A stretch of DNA of 63,986 nucleotides, counting the filler, from Folioceros fuciformis (Eukaryota), in the NCBI GenBank assembly GCA_049999805.1. It is 14 parts of 14 records of this genome, joined end to end, with 100 filler letters (N's around TTAATTAATTAA, not from the genome) between each part and the next. Parts side by side here need not be neighbours in the genome. Positions count along the whole stretch, not along the records: positions 29,314 to 36,367 come from JBNGIO010002147.1; positions 36,468 to 41,617 come from JBNGIO010002148.1; positions 41,718 to 44,157 come from JBNGIO010002149.1; positions 44,258 to 56,194 come from JBNGIO010002150.1; 10 more parts are not named here. One strand, written 5' to 3'. Positions 34,465 to 46,799 of the stretch are shown here, in pieces. The notes beneath the pieces are model-generated. The model did no database searches, was not told the DNA's origin, and was given only the letters and a program-made list of their open reading frames with translations. The position numbers and the translations under genes were made by a program. The first letter of the stretch is position 1. Each line of letters starts with the position of its first letter.

Positions 34465-36339
34465 TCATTGCTTTTGTCTCGAGACGAGGTCCAGGCTCCA
34501 CAGAGGGACTGAATAGATTAGGATGCAAGGCAGGAGAGAACACGCGATGGATGAAACAAAGTAGGCGTAGGCACGCCAGGGCCTGTCTCCTTGATGCATC
34601 GTGTGCACCTCGACCACAACTGTGGAGACGGTGCTCATGCATCCCATGAGTCCAAGCTGCAGGGCTCCCGTCAAAAGGCTAGCATACCCACTGGCGGCCT
34701 GGAACATGGGCAAAGGCTAGCCGTGAGAATTAGGTACCCTAAACCCTTCAGGGTTGAGGAATAAATGGACATGAGGAGCGACGGTGGGGGTTTCTCGGCG
34801 CCTTACCACAACTTGCGCAGTGCCCAGGCTCGCTTCCAGCCATGACGCGATGACGTTGGCAAGAAGTGTACCAACAGGAAACCATTTAATCCAATGCTCT
34901 GGTCCGACGCCCTGGCCATTCAGCCGGGCAAGTTGCCACCTTGTCCAGACCCCGAAAGGTGCCACAATGCAAGCCATCCAGAGTTGTCTTTGATCCACGT
35001 GCAGCAGGGTGAGAAGCGTAGATGCCACCCACATTCCACCCCCTAGAAGTGAGAAGGATACAAAGAAAATCCATGTACGGGCAGGGTGGTCTTCTGCACT
35101 TCTTTGCAGCTTCCTCACATCCTTCTCAGGTGTCTTCCGTCGCCAACACTGAATGAGGGCTAACAATGCCCTCGAAGAGTCCATGCCGAAAATGAGACAC
35201 ATCCATGATAACTGCATACCTTGGATACACCAACACGAGGTCTCATCAAATTTCGTCGCCGCACAGAAATCAGCACCCCACCATCCCAATTCATGAGCGT
35301 GAAGAGGAATATACCAATGAGAATGCCGACAAAAGCATGGACCCAGCGGCCCCCCGTGAGCAGTTCAAGCATGTGCTGGTTCCAGGATGCAAACGTTGTG
35401 ATGCTGCCCATGAGTCCAGTTGATAGGCCGACAGCCAAGATCTCCGAGTAACTCGAAATATGCGCCTTCAAAGTGACTCCCACCCATCCCATAAAAAAGG
35501 ACCCAACCTGCGAAAGGCTAGAATAGCTGTAAACAACCATCTGAACAGCAACAGGTGAACCGCCGAATCCCGAACATTGCCATTACAGACCATGTTTGCC
35601 GGCAAATCAATGAAAAGCGCACTCTCCTTTCCAGTGACGTCGGCCACTTTGGGGCCAAACAAAGTTTGCAGTCCGAATCTTATGAGCACCTGCACTTGCA
35701 GCCAAAACCACGTGATTACGTGAAAGCATAGCTCAAGCTTGTCGTGCTACTGCTACTGGTTCATGCATCTGGTAAGGAGTACTATGCTACGTTCCACCCT
35801 ACAAAACGACCCTGTTCAGTTAGCAACTAATTTTGTTAACGAAAACCATTACGTTACCCCTAGCATCCCGAACACAGCAAGATGAGCCAGGGTCGATAGG
35901 TACTCAAGAACTGGCGACAACTCGCGTGTATCGGACCTGACAGGAAAGGCCGAGACTATGTCACTGCAAAGGACAGGAATTTGACATGGTCAAAAAAACC
36001 AAGAATGAGGCCAGCAAAAGGCGTCGATGCACACTTGGAGAGCCCTGTCCAAACCGCAGGTCGTGGTTGCAGAGGAGACGCCTTCTCAAGTGGTTGCTCA
36101 TCGTCCAGCTTACTGGACCGGACAGCCTTGTCTCCATCAGCGAACCTGGTTCGTTCAACGGATGGTCCGGCGTCGGATAATCCTCGCGCCAGGCTTGGCA
36201 GTGGAGGTGGCGCAGAGGCCCCGTTGCCTGTGGCTGGCCGTACCCTAGAGACGGGACCAGAAGAGTAACCTCCGTCGCTCCTGGAGTCGAGACGGCCAGA
36301 GTCGCCGGCAGTGGCTTCTAACTGATCCTCGTCGTCCAT
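34465..36339 (-). CDS. FEX: Fluoride export protein (two CrcB/Fluc domains), ~6 exons
   Basis: LAHLAVFGMLG|VLIRFGLQTLFG..DLPANM|VGSFFMGW..GLSTGLMGSITTFASWNQ..APFGVWTRWQLARLNG..WFPVGTLLANV..GLMGCMSTVSTVVVE; GT-AG introns. Confidence 0.93.
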
Positions 36340-36467
36340 AGACAGCGGGGGTGGTATTCCTAGACACNNNNNNNNNNNNNNNNNNNNNNNNNNNNNNNNN
36401 NNNNNNNNNNNTTAATTAATTAANNNNNNNNNNNNNNNNNNNNNNNNNNNNNNNNNNNNNNNNNNNN

Positions 36468-36708
36468 TGCTCTAAAAGATCTTGACTTCTTACATCCAAC
36501 TTCCCTCAACTCTATGACCGACCAAGTCTAGCATGTAAGTTTGCATTATATATATATATCTGTATATATATGTGAGGTGGCCAGCCCCTATAGGAATATA
36601 CACACACTCTCATAACAATGCACATAGATGCCTTCGCTTGGGTGCTTCCTCCCCATCGTGCACACCAAGGCTACCGACTATCCCTCCACTCTTTGGTGGT
36701 TCACTACA
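36468..36708. mobile_element. LTR terminus (TGTAGTGAACCACCAAAG on the - strand) truncating the DNMT-carrying element
   Basis: Terminus resembles family A (TGTGAACCTCCAAAG); TA-rich tract inside. Confidence 0.55.
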
Positions 36709-39326
36709 CATGAGATCGACGAAAGGAGTAGCACCTAAGGGGAGGTTAACACCACTTCCAGATCCCTCTCCAAGTTCTTCAATCTTTTCATCATACCTCA
36801 CCTGCCTCTTTTGCTTACAAGCACCACCTAACACGTCATCAACTTCCCTCATCCTCTTGATCTCCCCCCAACTTCTAGACTTTCGTCCCTTTTTACTTCA
36901 CCCAAATTACGCTCTTCTATCCTTGTATTCAAAATAACTTTCCACTTCTTCTTCCACTCTTGATAAACTTTTATAGGCATCATAAGCCACTTAATGGTAT
37001 TTAAATCCATAGCTTGCCCAAGCTTTTTGTTCCTCTGCTCAAATGTTATGCCTTCCGCCTCAATGGTATTTGTGTCAAAACCCATCGCTTTCTCTCTATC
37101 CATGAGAGATGGCACATCCCACATATTTCTCTTTGTGTCAAATATCATCCCAGGTCCATCCCCCTTAAATGCATTAGTATTTTCAAAACTAACAAATGTT
37201 GGCAATGCTCTCCTAAGCTCACCCTTTCTATTTATTTTATAAAAAGGTTGTATGTCATCTGAAGTCACCCGCTTACTTACTCGCCCCTCATCTATTTGCA
37301 TGCCTTTGCAACAAATGCCTGGGCATCATGTTATTCCCAAAACACCGGTGCCTATGAGCCTTGGATCCCAATTGCACTGCATCCAACTTTATAGGTTCAC
37401 CTAAATAATACTTGATCTCCTCAAAATCTTGCCTCAACACAACTCTCTTATGCATCTGTGAGTCTACATTTTCAGTCAAAAACCCACATTCTTTCTTTTG
37501 ATGTTTTTGCACCAAATTCAAAATTCTTTTTAGTTCATAAAACAACACCAACCTATAATCTAACAGGCCCTTTCCTTTGCCTGCCATTAAGTGCCCTTGG
37601 CATTCCCAACCAGCTATTATAAGATCAATTTCTTCCTCTATCCGAAATTGTATCCACCCAATAAGCCTAACATTCTACAGCCAAGCAGAAAACACTTGCT
37701 TCACAACTTCAACCTTTAACTGTTCAAGATACTTTTTACATAGCATGAACACTACTCTTGTCTTTGCAATTGTCTGACAAACTTCATCTGGATCACAATA
37801 AATGTAACGTCTAACCACATATCCAGCAGCTAGCACAGCCTCCAAACCAAATGCAATTCCAGCAAACAGCTCAACCAAAACCAATCCATACATAGACGAA
37901 CTCAACGTTACAAGTTTATTACACACAGGTTCAAGTTTACAAACTGCTTCCTTTGTACAAGGTCAAATCTTATCATCTAGTTGAAACTTAGTCTATCGCT
38001 TTTCAAGCTCTCTAAAAATTTCAGTTAATGCTCTATCAACATATTCTCTCATTGAATCCTCTTCCAATCTGACATTAATACATTTTTTAAAACACAACTT
38101 ATCCACGTGACGTAAAACCCACAATCTATGATCTTCATCTTCTTCATCCTGTTCATCCAAAGAGGTTGTTATGTTCACTATGCATGCCTCTTGCCCATCC
38201 TCATGTGACTGCAGTTTAAGTGGAATTGTTGCCACTCTTATTCCCTCACCTTGTTGCCACCCTAGGCGACAATAAAACTTCTCTATCCACAAATCCATTC
38301 CTCCTCCAGGCACAAACAAAGCTTCTGTTCCCAAGATGACATCAAAATTTCCAGATTTAATAATCAAGCACTTTATACAAATTACAAGTCTCCTTCTCTA
38401 TTCCAGGTTTAAAACATAATTGCAATTTCTCCCTAGTCTCCCCATTCACTGCCTCCAAACCTCCATTGGCCATTCTTATCTTCCATCTTGTATCCTGTAT
38501 GTCCCCCTTCCTCAATCCCATGGCATATACTGCATTGAAATGAATCAACGTAGGCTATGCTCTCGAATCTATCAATACCCTTTTTGGTGCAAAACCATCT
38601 ATCAAAAACTCGGATCTACTATTATCCAAAAATGCAATTCCTAGTTTAACTTTTGATTTGTCTTCATTATTTCGACTATTATTGTTTAAACAAAGTGAAA
38701 CCACCTAGCTCAACTTATTAGTCTCATCAGACCACTCCGACATCACGTCTTGCAAAAGTTCTTGAATTTTTGCCTCACCCACTCTCACCTTGATACCCAA
38801 CTCCAACATGCTCCGAATACAACCCATCAAATCACTTTGAAACACTTGTGCTTTCTTACTCCCGTATTGTTCTATCACCTTCACTGCTCTGTCATGTACC
38901 CTCTTACTAAAATCTTTCACATCCACATCCAACACTTCAAATGATTGCGAATACTTCCAATCTGCCACCAACGATCTTCCACGATCCTCATTCTGCCCTC
39001 CAAACCTTGTGTTATGCTTTCTTGTACAACTTCCACCTCCAATGCTTGTTCCATGTTCACCTCACAAACAAACACATCCAACTAAAATTTCCTATAAGCC
39101 TCCTTCTTACTCAAGTCCTTCCTTTTCTCCATTGTTTTAACTTACTTGATCTTGACTCCATTATTCTGGACTGCCTTCAATCAATCAATTTCAGCTTTTA
39201 AATTTGCGACATGTAGCTCCAACAATTTGTGAGACTTATCCATTTCCACGGACCCCCAAACCGACTTCCTCTTGCTCTTTGCACTTGCCTAACATTCTTA
39301 ACATTTTGCCCCCTCAGACCAAACTT
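36709..39326 (-). mobile_element. Retroelement polyprotein remnant: gag-like/coiled region, aspartic protease, C5 DNA methyltransferase
   Basis: KRVLIDSRA (DSGA-like, ~38560-38585), WKIRMANG, FDVILG, followed on the same strand by a complete DNMT. Confidence 0.8.
36849..37926 (-). pseudogene. C5-cytosine DNA methyltransferase domain (one stop, one frameshift)
   Basis: Motif I LVELFAGIAFGLEA; II YCD; IV IDLIIAGWECQG (37597-37608); VI ENV; VIII AHRHRCF; IX/X DREKAMGF...RNKKLGQAMDL. Confidence 0.9.
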
Positions 39327-39646
39327 TATAGGCTTAAGAGATAGGCTTAAGAGATATGAGAAAATCCTAACAGTAGGATTGTATAACATGAGATATGAGA
39401 AAATCCTAACAGTAGGATTGTATAACATGCATCTAACCCATAATACTATCTAACCCATAATACTATGTAAGATATGCTCTTTGCTAATTAGTTAAACAAA
39501 AGATACACAAAGTGTGTTTTAAGGTGGTGTAGGGTGTTCGTTCATGAAGAGGCACACCGACCTACGTAGTGACCTAATCCTCTAGACGATAACTAATCAC
39601 GGGTAGGGACAGGGGAGATTAGCCGTTCCGTAACACTCCCTCTTAA
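39327..39646 (-). mobile_element. 3' LTR with polypurine tract of a different element
   Basis: AAGAGGGAG followed by TGTTACGG at 39635 (- strand); internal tandem duplications. Left boundary approximate. Confidence 0.6.
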
Positions 39647-41717
39647 GCTGAGTGTAACCTGGGGATTATGGAACCCCATATGAAGACATCTGGTTTGCCC
39701 ACCCTGGTGAAAACGCCCATGGCCTCTGTAGCCTACCTCCACTTGCATTCACATGCGCAAAATACGGTTCCCCAAGTATACGTTTGCCTCAAACCCAAGT
39801 TTGCCACAAAGATCAGTGAGCCAGATCCTTTTTAACTGTACACACTTTCAACACGATGTACAGATCAGTGAGCCAGATCCTTTTTAACTGTACACACTTT
39901 CAACACGATGTACAACAAAGACACAGGAATGCAACAGGCTGTCTGCGCCATGGATTCCGGGGCTCCCAAGGCCTCAATTAGCTTCCCCTGCTGGCACAAC
40001 GTTGTCAAGGAGACAGCTGATCCTGCACACCCGCCAGTCTCAGGCTAATCCGGAAACATCGGGCTCGAAGGAGAGGTACCGTAACCCATCCGCATATCCC
40101 AAGAAAGGAGCTGTTCATCCACCCAAGGTAGCTTGCACATGTTGCTTAACCAGAGGACCTCGCCAGACCCCTTACGCCGGAAGTCAGGCGAACGTGAGCT
40201 CCTCTTATCCCGCCTCCTGTCCCGCCACCTTTGGAAGGATCCAGAAAGACTGTCACCACAGCAGCTCCTGCTGCTGGTCCTGGCGATGACCATCGCTAGA
40301 AAATCCTTCCACCGTCACACAGTTTCGGGGGTGGGCTGGTTTCGCTAAAATGCTGCACCCGGATGCTTGGTTGAATTCCAGCGGTTGACGCCCTACAGTG
40401 GGGAGAGCAGGAGCCCCTCTCAGAATCCCAGGGCAATCTGTTTGGAAGACCACGAATCCAGTCGCCGAACTGTCGTCATAGAGGCACCGCCCCTCGGAAG
40501 AAGAAACAAATTGCACACAACACAGCCCCTCGCGAGGTGCCTAAATTCTGAGAGCGCTCATGCCCGTATCACCCTGACCGGCAGCATCGCACACCGTCTT
40601 CTCCCAAACGCCAAACGACAATGGACGCACTGGAAAATTACGATCGGCAAATGAAAAATGCATCAAAGCGGAAAATAAAAAATCAAGAAAGAAGCAGACG
40701 GGAGATCGAAAATCAGGAATGCGAACGGCAAACAAACGGAAAGCGAGAAATTGAGTCGAGCGGAGTGTAATAGTGGAAGATGGACTTGATAAACGCAAAA
40801 GACGACATGAACCGCGCGAATCGTGATAGTTCGTGCCTGTCTACGTTCTAGATCGGGCAGCGAAAGGTGCTCCATTATTTGCACCAGGCTGGAACTCTAG
40901 CTAGCCCATCGCCAGGAACAGTTGCATTCTAGGGTTCACAGACCATAATCGGGTGCAACCACATCGATGTAACGACACCTATAAATTAGGGGACTTTCGC
41001 CCAACGTCGTGCCTCATATCATGGGAGCTGGCCGGACTTCTGAAGCAGAGCGCTTTCGTTCCCTTGACTTCGACAGACCCCTGGGCTGGAGGTCAGGCGA
41101 ACGGGAGCACTCTTCTTTGCCTTGTCTGTCTTATCACCACACCGTCGGCTATCGCGGCAGTGCTTCTGGTGCTACTGTCGTCGGCCATCGTCGGAGAGGT
41201 GCGTTGCCCACCAACATATCTTATCGGAGGTGGAAGGGGAATGGCTGGACTTTCCGCACCTGAGGACTGGCTGCTAGCCAAGGTTTCAGTCTCTTCCTCG
41301 AGGACAGAGGACACTCGTGGTGGACGACCCTGCGCATGCGCAACCAATTGTCAGATCTGCACGGTTCCCGTGGCCATCTGATGTCCATAATTCGCGTTTG
41401 GTAAGACCAGGCGGCTCCCTCGCCTGCCTTGTCTGCATCATAGCTTGAAGTTTGTGATAGAAACCCTAAACCTTCACAGGTGACAGTATGCGTGCCTGCA
41501 TGAGACTTCTGGCCAGCTCCCGCTCCTCACCAGCTTTCAGGAGGGGAGTCTGCGTTAGTTTCATCATCAAGCTCTTCCGTGTGTCTTCAACAAATCCTGT
41601 GCAGCCCTTTGGCCTCTNNNNNNNNNNNNNNNNNNNNNNNNNNNNNNNNNNNNNNNNNNNNTTAATTAATTAANNNNNNNNNNNNNNNNNNNNNNNNNNN
41701 NNNNNNNNNNNNNNNNN

Positions 41718-43396
41718 TGCGAAAGGCAGTTAGGGCTTCGTGCTTATGACGAAGAAAGTAGAGGTGTGTGTAATGGCTGAAATCATCCAGGAGCAAGAAG
41801 AGATATGAATGGCCACTTAGGGAGACAGTTTGCATCGGACCACTGAGATCGGCATGGATAAGTTCGAGAACCTTGGAGGTGCGACTGGAAGAGTGAGGAT
41901 AAGGGTGAACCTTATGTTTTCCAAGAACGCAACCCCTACAAAGTGGTAGATCTCTAATGAACTTAGGAAGGCCAAGAACCATGTCCTCCTTAGACATTCT
42001 TTTGATGCCGTGAAGGTGATGATGGGTTAACCATAAATGCCAGAGCTTTGATGATGGGTTAACCATAAATGCCAGAGCTTTGATTCTAATTCCACAGGCA
42101 AGTAGGTAGCGCTAAAACTAAGAACGGGAGCCATTGGCTAGGAAATTTGCCACGAGCTACCAGAAACAATCTGCTACAGGGAGGGCACGTGAAAGTCACA
42201 ACGTCACCCTCTCGTGAAAAGGTATGTATGGTACAACCTTGTTGAGTGAAAGGAATCCTACTTTGATCATGTGAGAGGCACTTGAATACAGAAAGCAAAT
42301 TGATTACCAAGCCACGGACATGAAGAATGTCCCTGATCATAACCACTTGATTAGTAGGAAGTTGAACTTGGACAACACCCTTGCCGGTGGCATGCAGAGT
42401 GACAACACTTCCAACTTGAACAGGGAAAGGTGCTGATAATTCGTCAAGAGTGAGAAACCACTCACGATGAGAGGTCATGTGCTCCATAGCGCTAGAATCC
42501 ATGAGCCATTCATCATTGGCTTGGAAGAAAGGAAAAGTACTGGCCATGAAGACAAAAGCAGACTTAGTAGCATGAGCAGAGGGGTTAGATGTGGAACTCG
42601 AAGAAGGTATGTCAACACCATTAGCCCTATCCCTTTTACGCTTCCTACAATCAGGGGCTATATGTCCTCGTTTGACACAATAATGGTAGACTTTGTCTTT
42701 ATGTGCAAGATAAGGAGGAGAAAACCGAGGTGTTTAATCAGCGCCAAAACGAGGCTTCCAAGGTTTCCTACCACTAGTAAAGAACCGCAGAGCCCTGTGG
42801 AGGAGGAGACATAGAGAGGGAAGACTACTTCATCATGGCTTCATGCATGATAAGAGCAATAAGGGAGGTCAGGGATAGAGCCTTAGAAGTACTCGTTGGA
42901 GTAGAAATAAAGGGACCCCAAGAAGGGGGGAGAGCCCTAAGGAGATGCATGACTTGAGTCTCTTCATCTAATTTGAGACATGTAGAAATTGCAGCATTTA
43001 AAATCCTTGCCATGATTCGAGGAATTCTAAGACAGGTTGATTTTCACCTGGCTTGCAGGCTAAAACGAGATCTTGAGCATGTAACCGGGAAGCTACACTC
43101 GACTCTTGGTAAGTAATTGTAAGTTTGTCCCCCTTCTCTTTAGAAGTAGGTAATCGTTTGATGATGGGGATCAAGCGATCACCTACATGTAATAAAATAT
43201 CTGACCTAGCTTGTGCATCTTTGGCTAACTAGTCAGGTAAATCGGCATGCCCTTTGGCAGGTTGGGGAATATTGCCATCTACAATGCCCCATACAGAATT
43301 CCTAAGAAGGAGCATCTCGATCCTAGCAGACCAGGTATGGTAATTTATACTAGTCAATTTATCTATTTGATATGCATGAGTGGTAGATTGCACCAT
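41718..43396 (-). mobile_element. Ty1/copia gag-protease-integrase N-terminus, degenerate
   Basis: IDKLTSINYHTWSARIEMLL; YHYCVKRGHIAPDC (zinc knuckle); WLMDSSAMEHM; LWHLWLTH; CRGCVLGK; LELIHADLSGPM. Confidence 0.95.
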
Positions 43397-43638
43397 GATA
43401 GTGGGTTTAAATGGGACCTTGCTTGATGATAGCTGAATAATTGCCTCAAAAGTGTTTAAGTAGTTTTCTGGTGAGACAGACTCACTTGGAATTTAGACTG
43501 ACCTATTTGAGGTGCCTTGTGAATTTTATGTTTTCCACCTCTCGAAGCACTGGGACAGTTTCGAGAAAGATGGGATCTTCTCTTATCCATGATGGTAGCT
43601 TCAAAGAGGAAGTAGACATGATCATTCAAGCTCGTCAG

Positions 43639-44157
43639 CCTCTGATACCATGAAAGGAAAGGAAGATGTTGATTGTGATCAATATACAAGGGGCTCAGGC
43701 TTATGAGAGCGGTTCGTGAAACGTCGTGGCGGTTCGTGAAACGTCGTGGCGGTTCTCTTGACAATTGAGCTTAGGCTAGCTTATGTTATTCCTTATAGTC
43801 TCTACCTCAATTCCCAGAGCAAAGAACTTGGTAAAGTAGGCAGCGGCTGTGCTCCTACAGGAGAACTCCGCCAAGACCACCAATGGGTAGTTAATCCATA
43901 ATATCTTGGATCCCCAGATCAGAGGAGTAGCCCAACTCATTGTCGATTGGTTGTTCGTGTCCAAGACGGACCACATCATGGATGGAGTTCTTCTCCTTCT
44001 CTGTGGGCGGTAGTACATCAGATTCAGTTCGATGTTAGAAAGCTCGGGACTGTCCCCCTTGCTTTTTCATATTTGGGAGCTCGGGACTGTCCCCCTTGCT
44101 TTTTCATATTTGGGAGCTCGGGACTGTCCCCCTTGCTTTTTCATATTTGGGAGCTCG
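43639..44157 (-). mobile_element. tRNA-iMet primer-binding site and 5' LTR
   Basis: ...CCTTTCA|TGGTATCAGAGG on the - strand (LTR ends at 43651); 37-bp tandem repeat x3 at 44041-44157. Confidence 0.88.
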
Positions 44158-44257
44158 NNNNNNNNNNNNNNNNNNNNNNNNNNNNNNNNNNNNNNNNNNN
44201 NTTAATTAATTAANNNNNNNNNNNNNNNNNNNNNNNNNNNNNNNNNNNNNNNNNNNN

Positions 44258-45142
44258 CAAAATGGTAATTCTCCTCTTATTGATGTATATCATGCTGTAA
44301 CTATGTTGGGAAAAGCTTGGCGTATCGATGTTAAAGGGAAAATCATTAGAAATCGTTGGAAACATTCTGGGTTATGGTGAGAGAGAGCAAGTGCTAGCGT
44401 GTCGGATATAGACTTGAATTAACTTAGTTTTGAGACATGGAATGCTAACAGTGATGATAAGCAACTGGAAGACAACCAAGCAACATGTGAAGATTTGTTC
44501 AATAGAGATTACGCAGAAATAGAAATGCTTCTTTGTCAGCTGAGGGATTTGGGACTTGAAACAAGAGGATTGACTTCTACTATGTCTGCACAAGAATTTG
44601 TTGATTATGAAGTGACAAATGCATGTGCTATCTTTTTTACTCTGGATGCAAATGATACATGGGCTTCCGTTCAACCTCCACCCGAAAATGAAGTTGTCAA
44701 TATTGAAAGTTCTTCTGAAGAATATTATCAAGAAAGGCCTATTTTAGGTCGTGCTCAAGTGGAAGATGCACTTGGGGTGATACGCATGTTTCTGGAGCAA
44801 CAACCAAATGACACGATGTCTACAATTAGGAATTTGCAACAAATTGAGAAAGAAGTTTTAAAGCAAGTTAGGTCCTCTTTGAAACAAGTACAAATAACCC
44901 GTTTTTTTAACCCATTTTGAAGTTCATTTCTTATTTCATTTATTATACTTTTATAATATTATTAAGTATAAAATATGAGTCGGTGATTGTCTTTAAAAGA
45001 TATGTATAAGAAACAGCAATATATAATATATAATATATTTTAAATATTTTTTATAAATACTTAAATTCTCTAATTGTTACACCTCCTTAAATGTTACCCA
45101 ATGCCCTACTCCCAACAGGTAACATTTAGGGAGGGTGGACTG
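44258..45142 (+). mobile_element. pogo/Tigger-like (Tc1/mariner superfamily) transposon 3' end with TIR
   Basis: IDVYHAVTMLGKAWRIDV..IIRNRWKHSGL and the KQVQITRFF C-terminus. Ends GGTAACATTTAGGGAGGGTGGACTG|TA, with subterminal TAAATGTTACC inverted copies. Confidence 0.8.
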
Positions 45143-45169
45143 TATTGTGGTTGTTATGAATATTACTAG

Positions 45170-45455
45170 GGAGTCAATTTGTGATCACGTTGTCGTCAAC
45201 TTCCTTAGATGGGAGGTGGAGGGTTAGGCAATTCCCATAGTCCATAAGTATTCTTCCATATAAGACGAGCATGTTTTCATCCCCCTTATTCTTAAGACCC
45301 ACGAGGCTATAGGCAACGCCTTTTCAAGTTTCATCAAAGAGTGTGCAAAGGTGTATTATAGTCATAGGAATGAGGTTCTTCCTCATTCCTTAGAAGTGGT
45401 CTTCTTTCGACAATGCATATCCATTGCTTTATAAAGAGAATTGACCAATGCAATC
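45170..45455 (+). mobile_element. Non-LTR retrotransposon REL-endonuclease C-terminal fragment (CRE/R2/NeSL-like)
   Basis: From 45243: HKYSSI*DEHVFIPLILKTHEAIGNAFSSFIKECAK...FFRQCISIAL*RELTNAI. Confidence 0.6.
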
Positions 45456-46799
45456 TTTGGAACAACAACAAGTACAAATCAAGCAACTTCTTTTGCACCA
45501 ATGGTAGACATCTTGCTATTCCACATCATGACATTTTGGGAGTAGTAGGTAGTTTTAAGAATAATGTTGGAAGGGGCTACCACTTCATTTAGCCTTTAGC
45601 CCTATTCGGGTTGTTCCTCCTCAATTTTGGAGTAGTTGGGATTTTCCATGTCATTTTCAATATTAGAAAATAACAATGGATATTTGTCTTTGTATCCTTC
45701 ATACTCTTATGTATTTGAAGCTTTATGTTGAAATTGCTCAATTGCTAGGATGATTATATTTTTAGCACTATGACTCCTTTATATTAAAAGCACTAATACT
45801 TTGTCTTGATTTAAATTGAAGACGCGTTGCAACATGAATTGGGACATTCGAGTACTTAAATTTACTCCCATCTCATGAAGAAGAAAGCTAAAATAATGCT
45901 ATGTTACGTTATATTCTATAAATATTTATCTTTGTACTCATCAAACTTCTATGTATTTAATGAATTGTTATCTGCTCATGATTGGTGTTGTAAAGAGTGG
46001 TAGTCCATCGGTAGACTCAAATGCTTTGCCAAAAATGCCTGAGGAAATGACTTCGACAAGTATTTTATAAGACTTGTGGCTATTAAGGCTATCAAGTTTA
46101 GGGTTCCCTCCATGAGTTGTTTGTCCTTCTGCAGCAGGGTTGGAATCTGCGTGGTCGATTCGAACCCCAGATGCACCTACGATTCCATAATTCGGGATAC
46201 GACGAAGATTGCCGCCGCGTGCAAACCCGTCCTTGAGCACTGCGTTACGAAGCGGGCATGGAATCCAGTCTTGTCGACAATCAAGCATGGCAAAAGTGTG
46301 CGGAGTTGTATCGTGTACCAGGGGCATCAGAGACGTCAGGTAATAAATCTCGTCGCCACTCACAGATGGAGGAAGGCATATACATAGAAGCCGGAAGCCC
46401 TTGAATGCGAAGGCGTGGAGGCAGCATTACATTCAAGGAGACACTGCCTGTCGGAGTGTCAGACACAAGGGCCAGAGAGCAATGTAAAGAGCAGTGCCTG
46501 AAGCCGAGCAACATTCCAATAGATGATAGTCGCCGGATAGATTACACAGCTGCCCGAAGAGAGTCTTTGGTACAGCTTGCCTTAGGAATAGCAAGAAAGC
46601 TTCCTCTACAAAGTTAGGGATGCAGCCTGCCGGTGGTTCCATTGCTACCACCATTACTACCGACTATCAAAATAGTTTTTTACAATTCGGAAAAAAAAAT
46701 CAGCGAGCGCTCCTTCTGCAACGACAAATCTGCGATGGCTCGCAGACGGCCCCACAAGAATGGCAACCCAAAACCTCAATGAAATAAGCCAAGTCACAA

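Noticed and set aside
39650-41617. Many short ORFs on both strands
   Set aside because: No recognisable motifs or coherent splice structure; probably the internal 3' region of the LTR element ending at 39635.
45968-46654. Short ORFs downstream of the MBD9-like stop codon
   Set aside because: No motifs; most likely 3' UTR or intergenic sequence.
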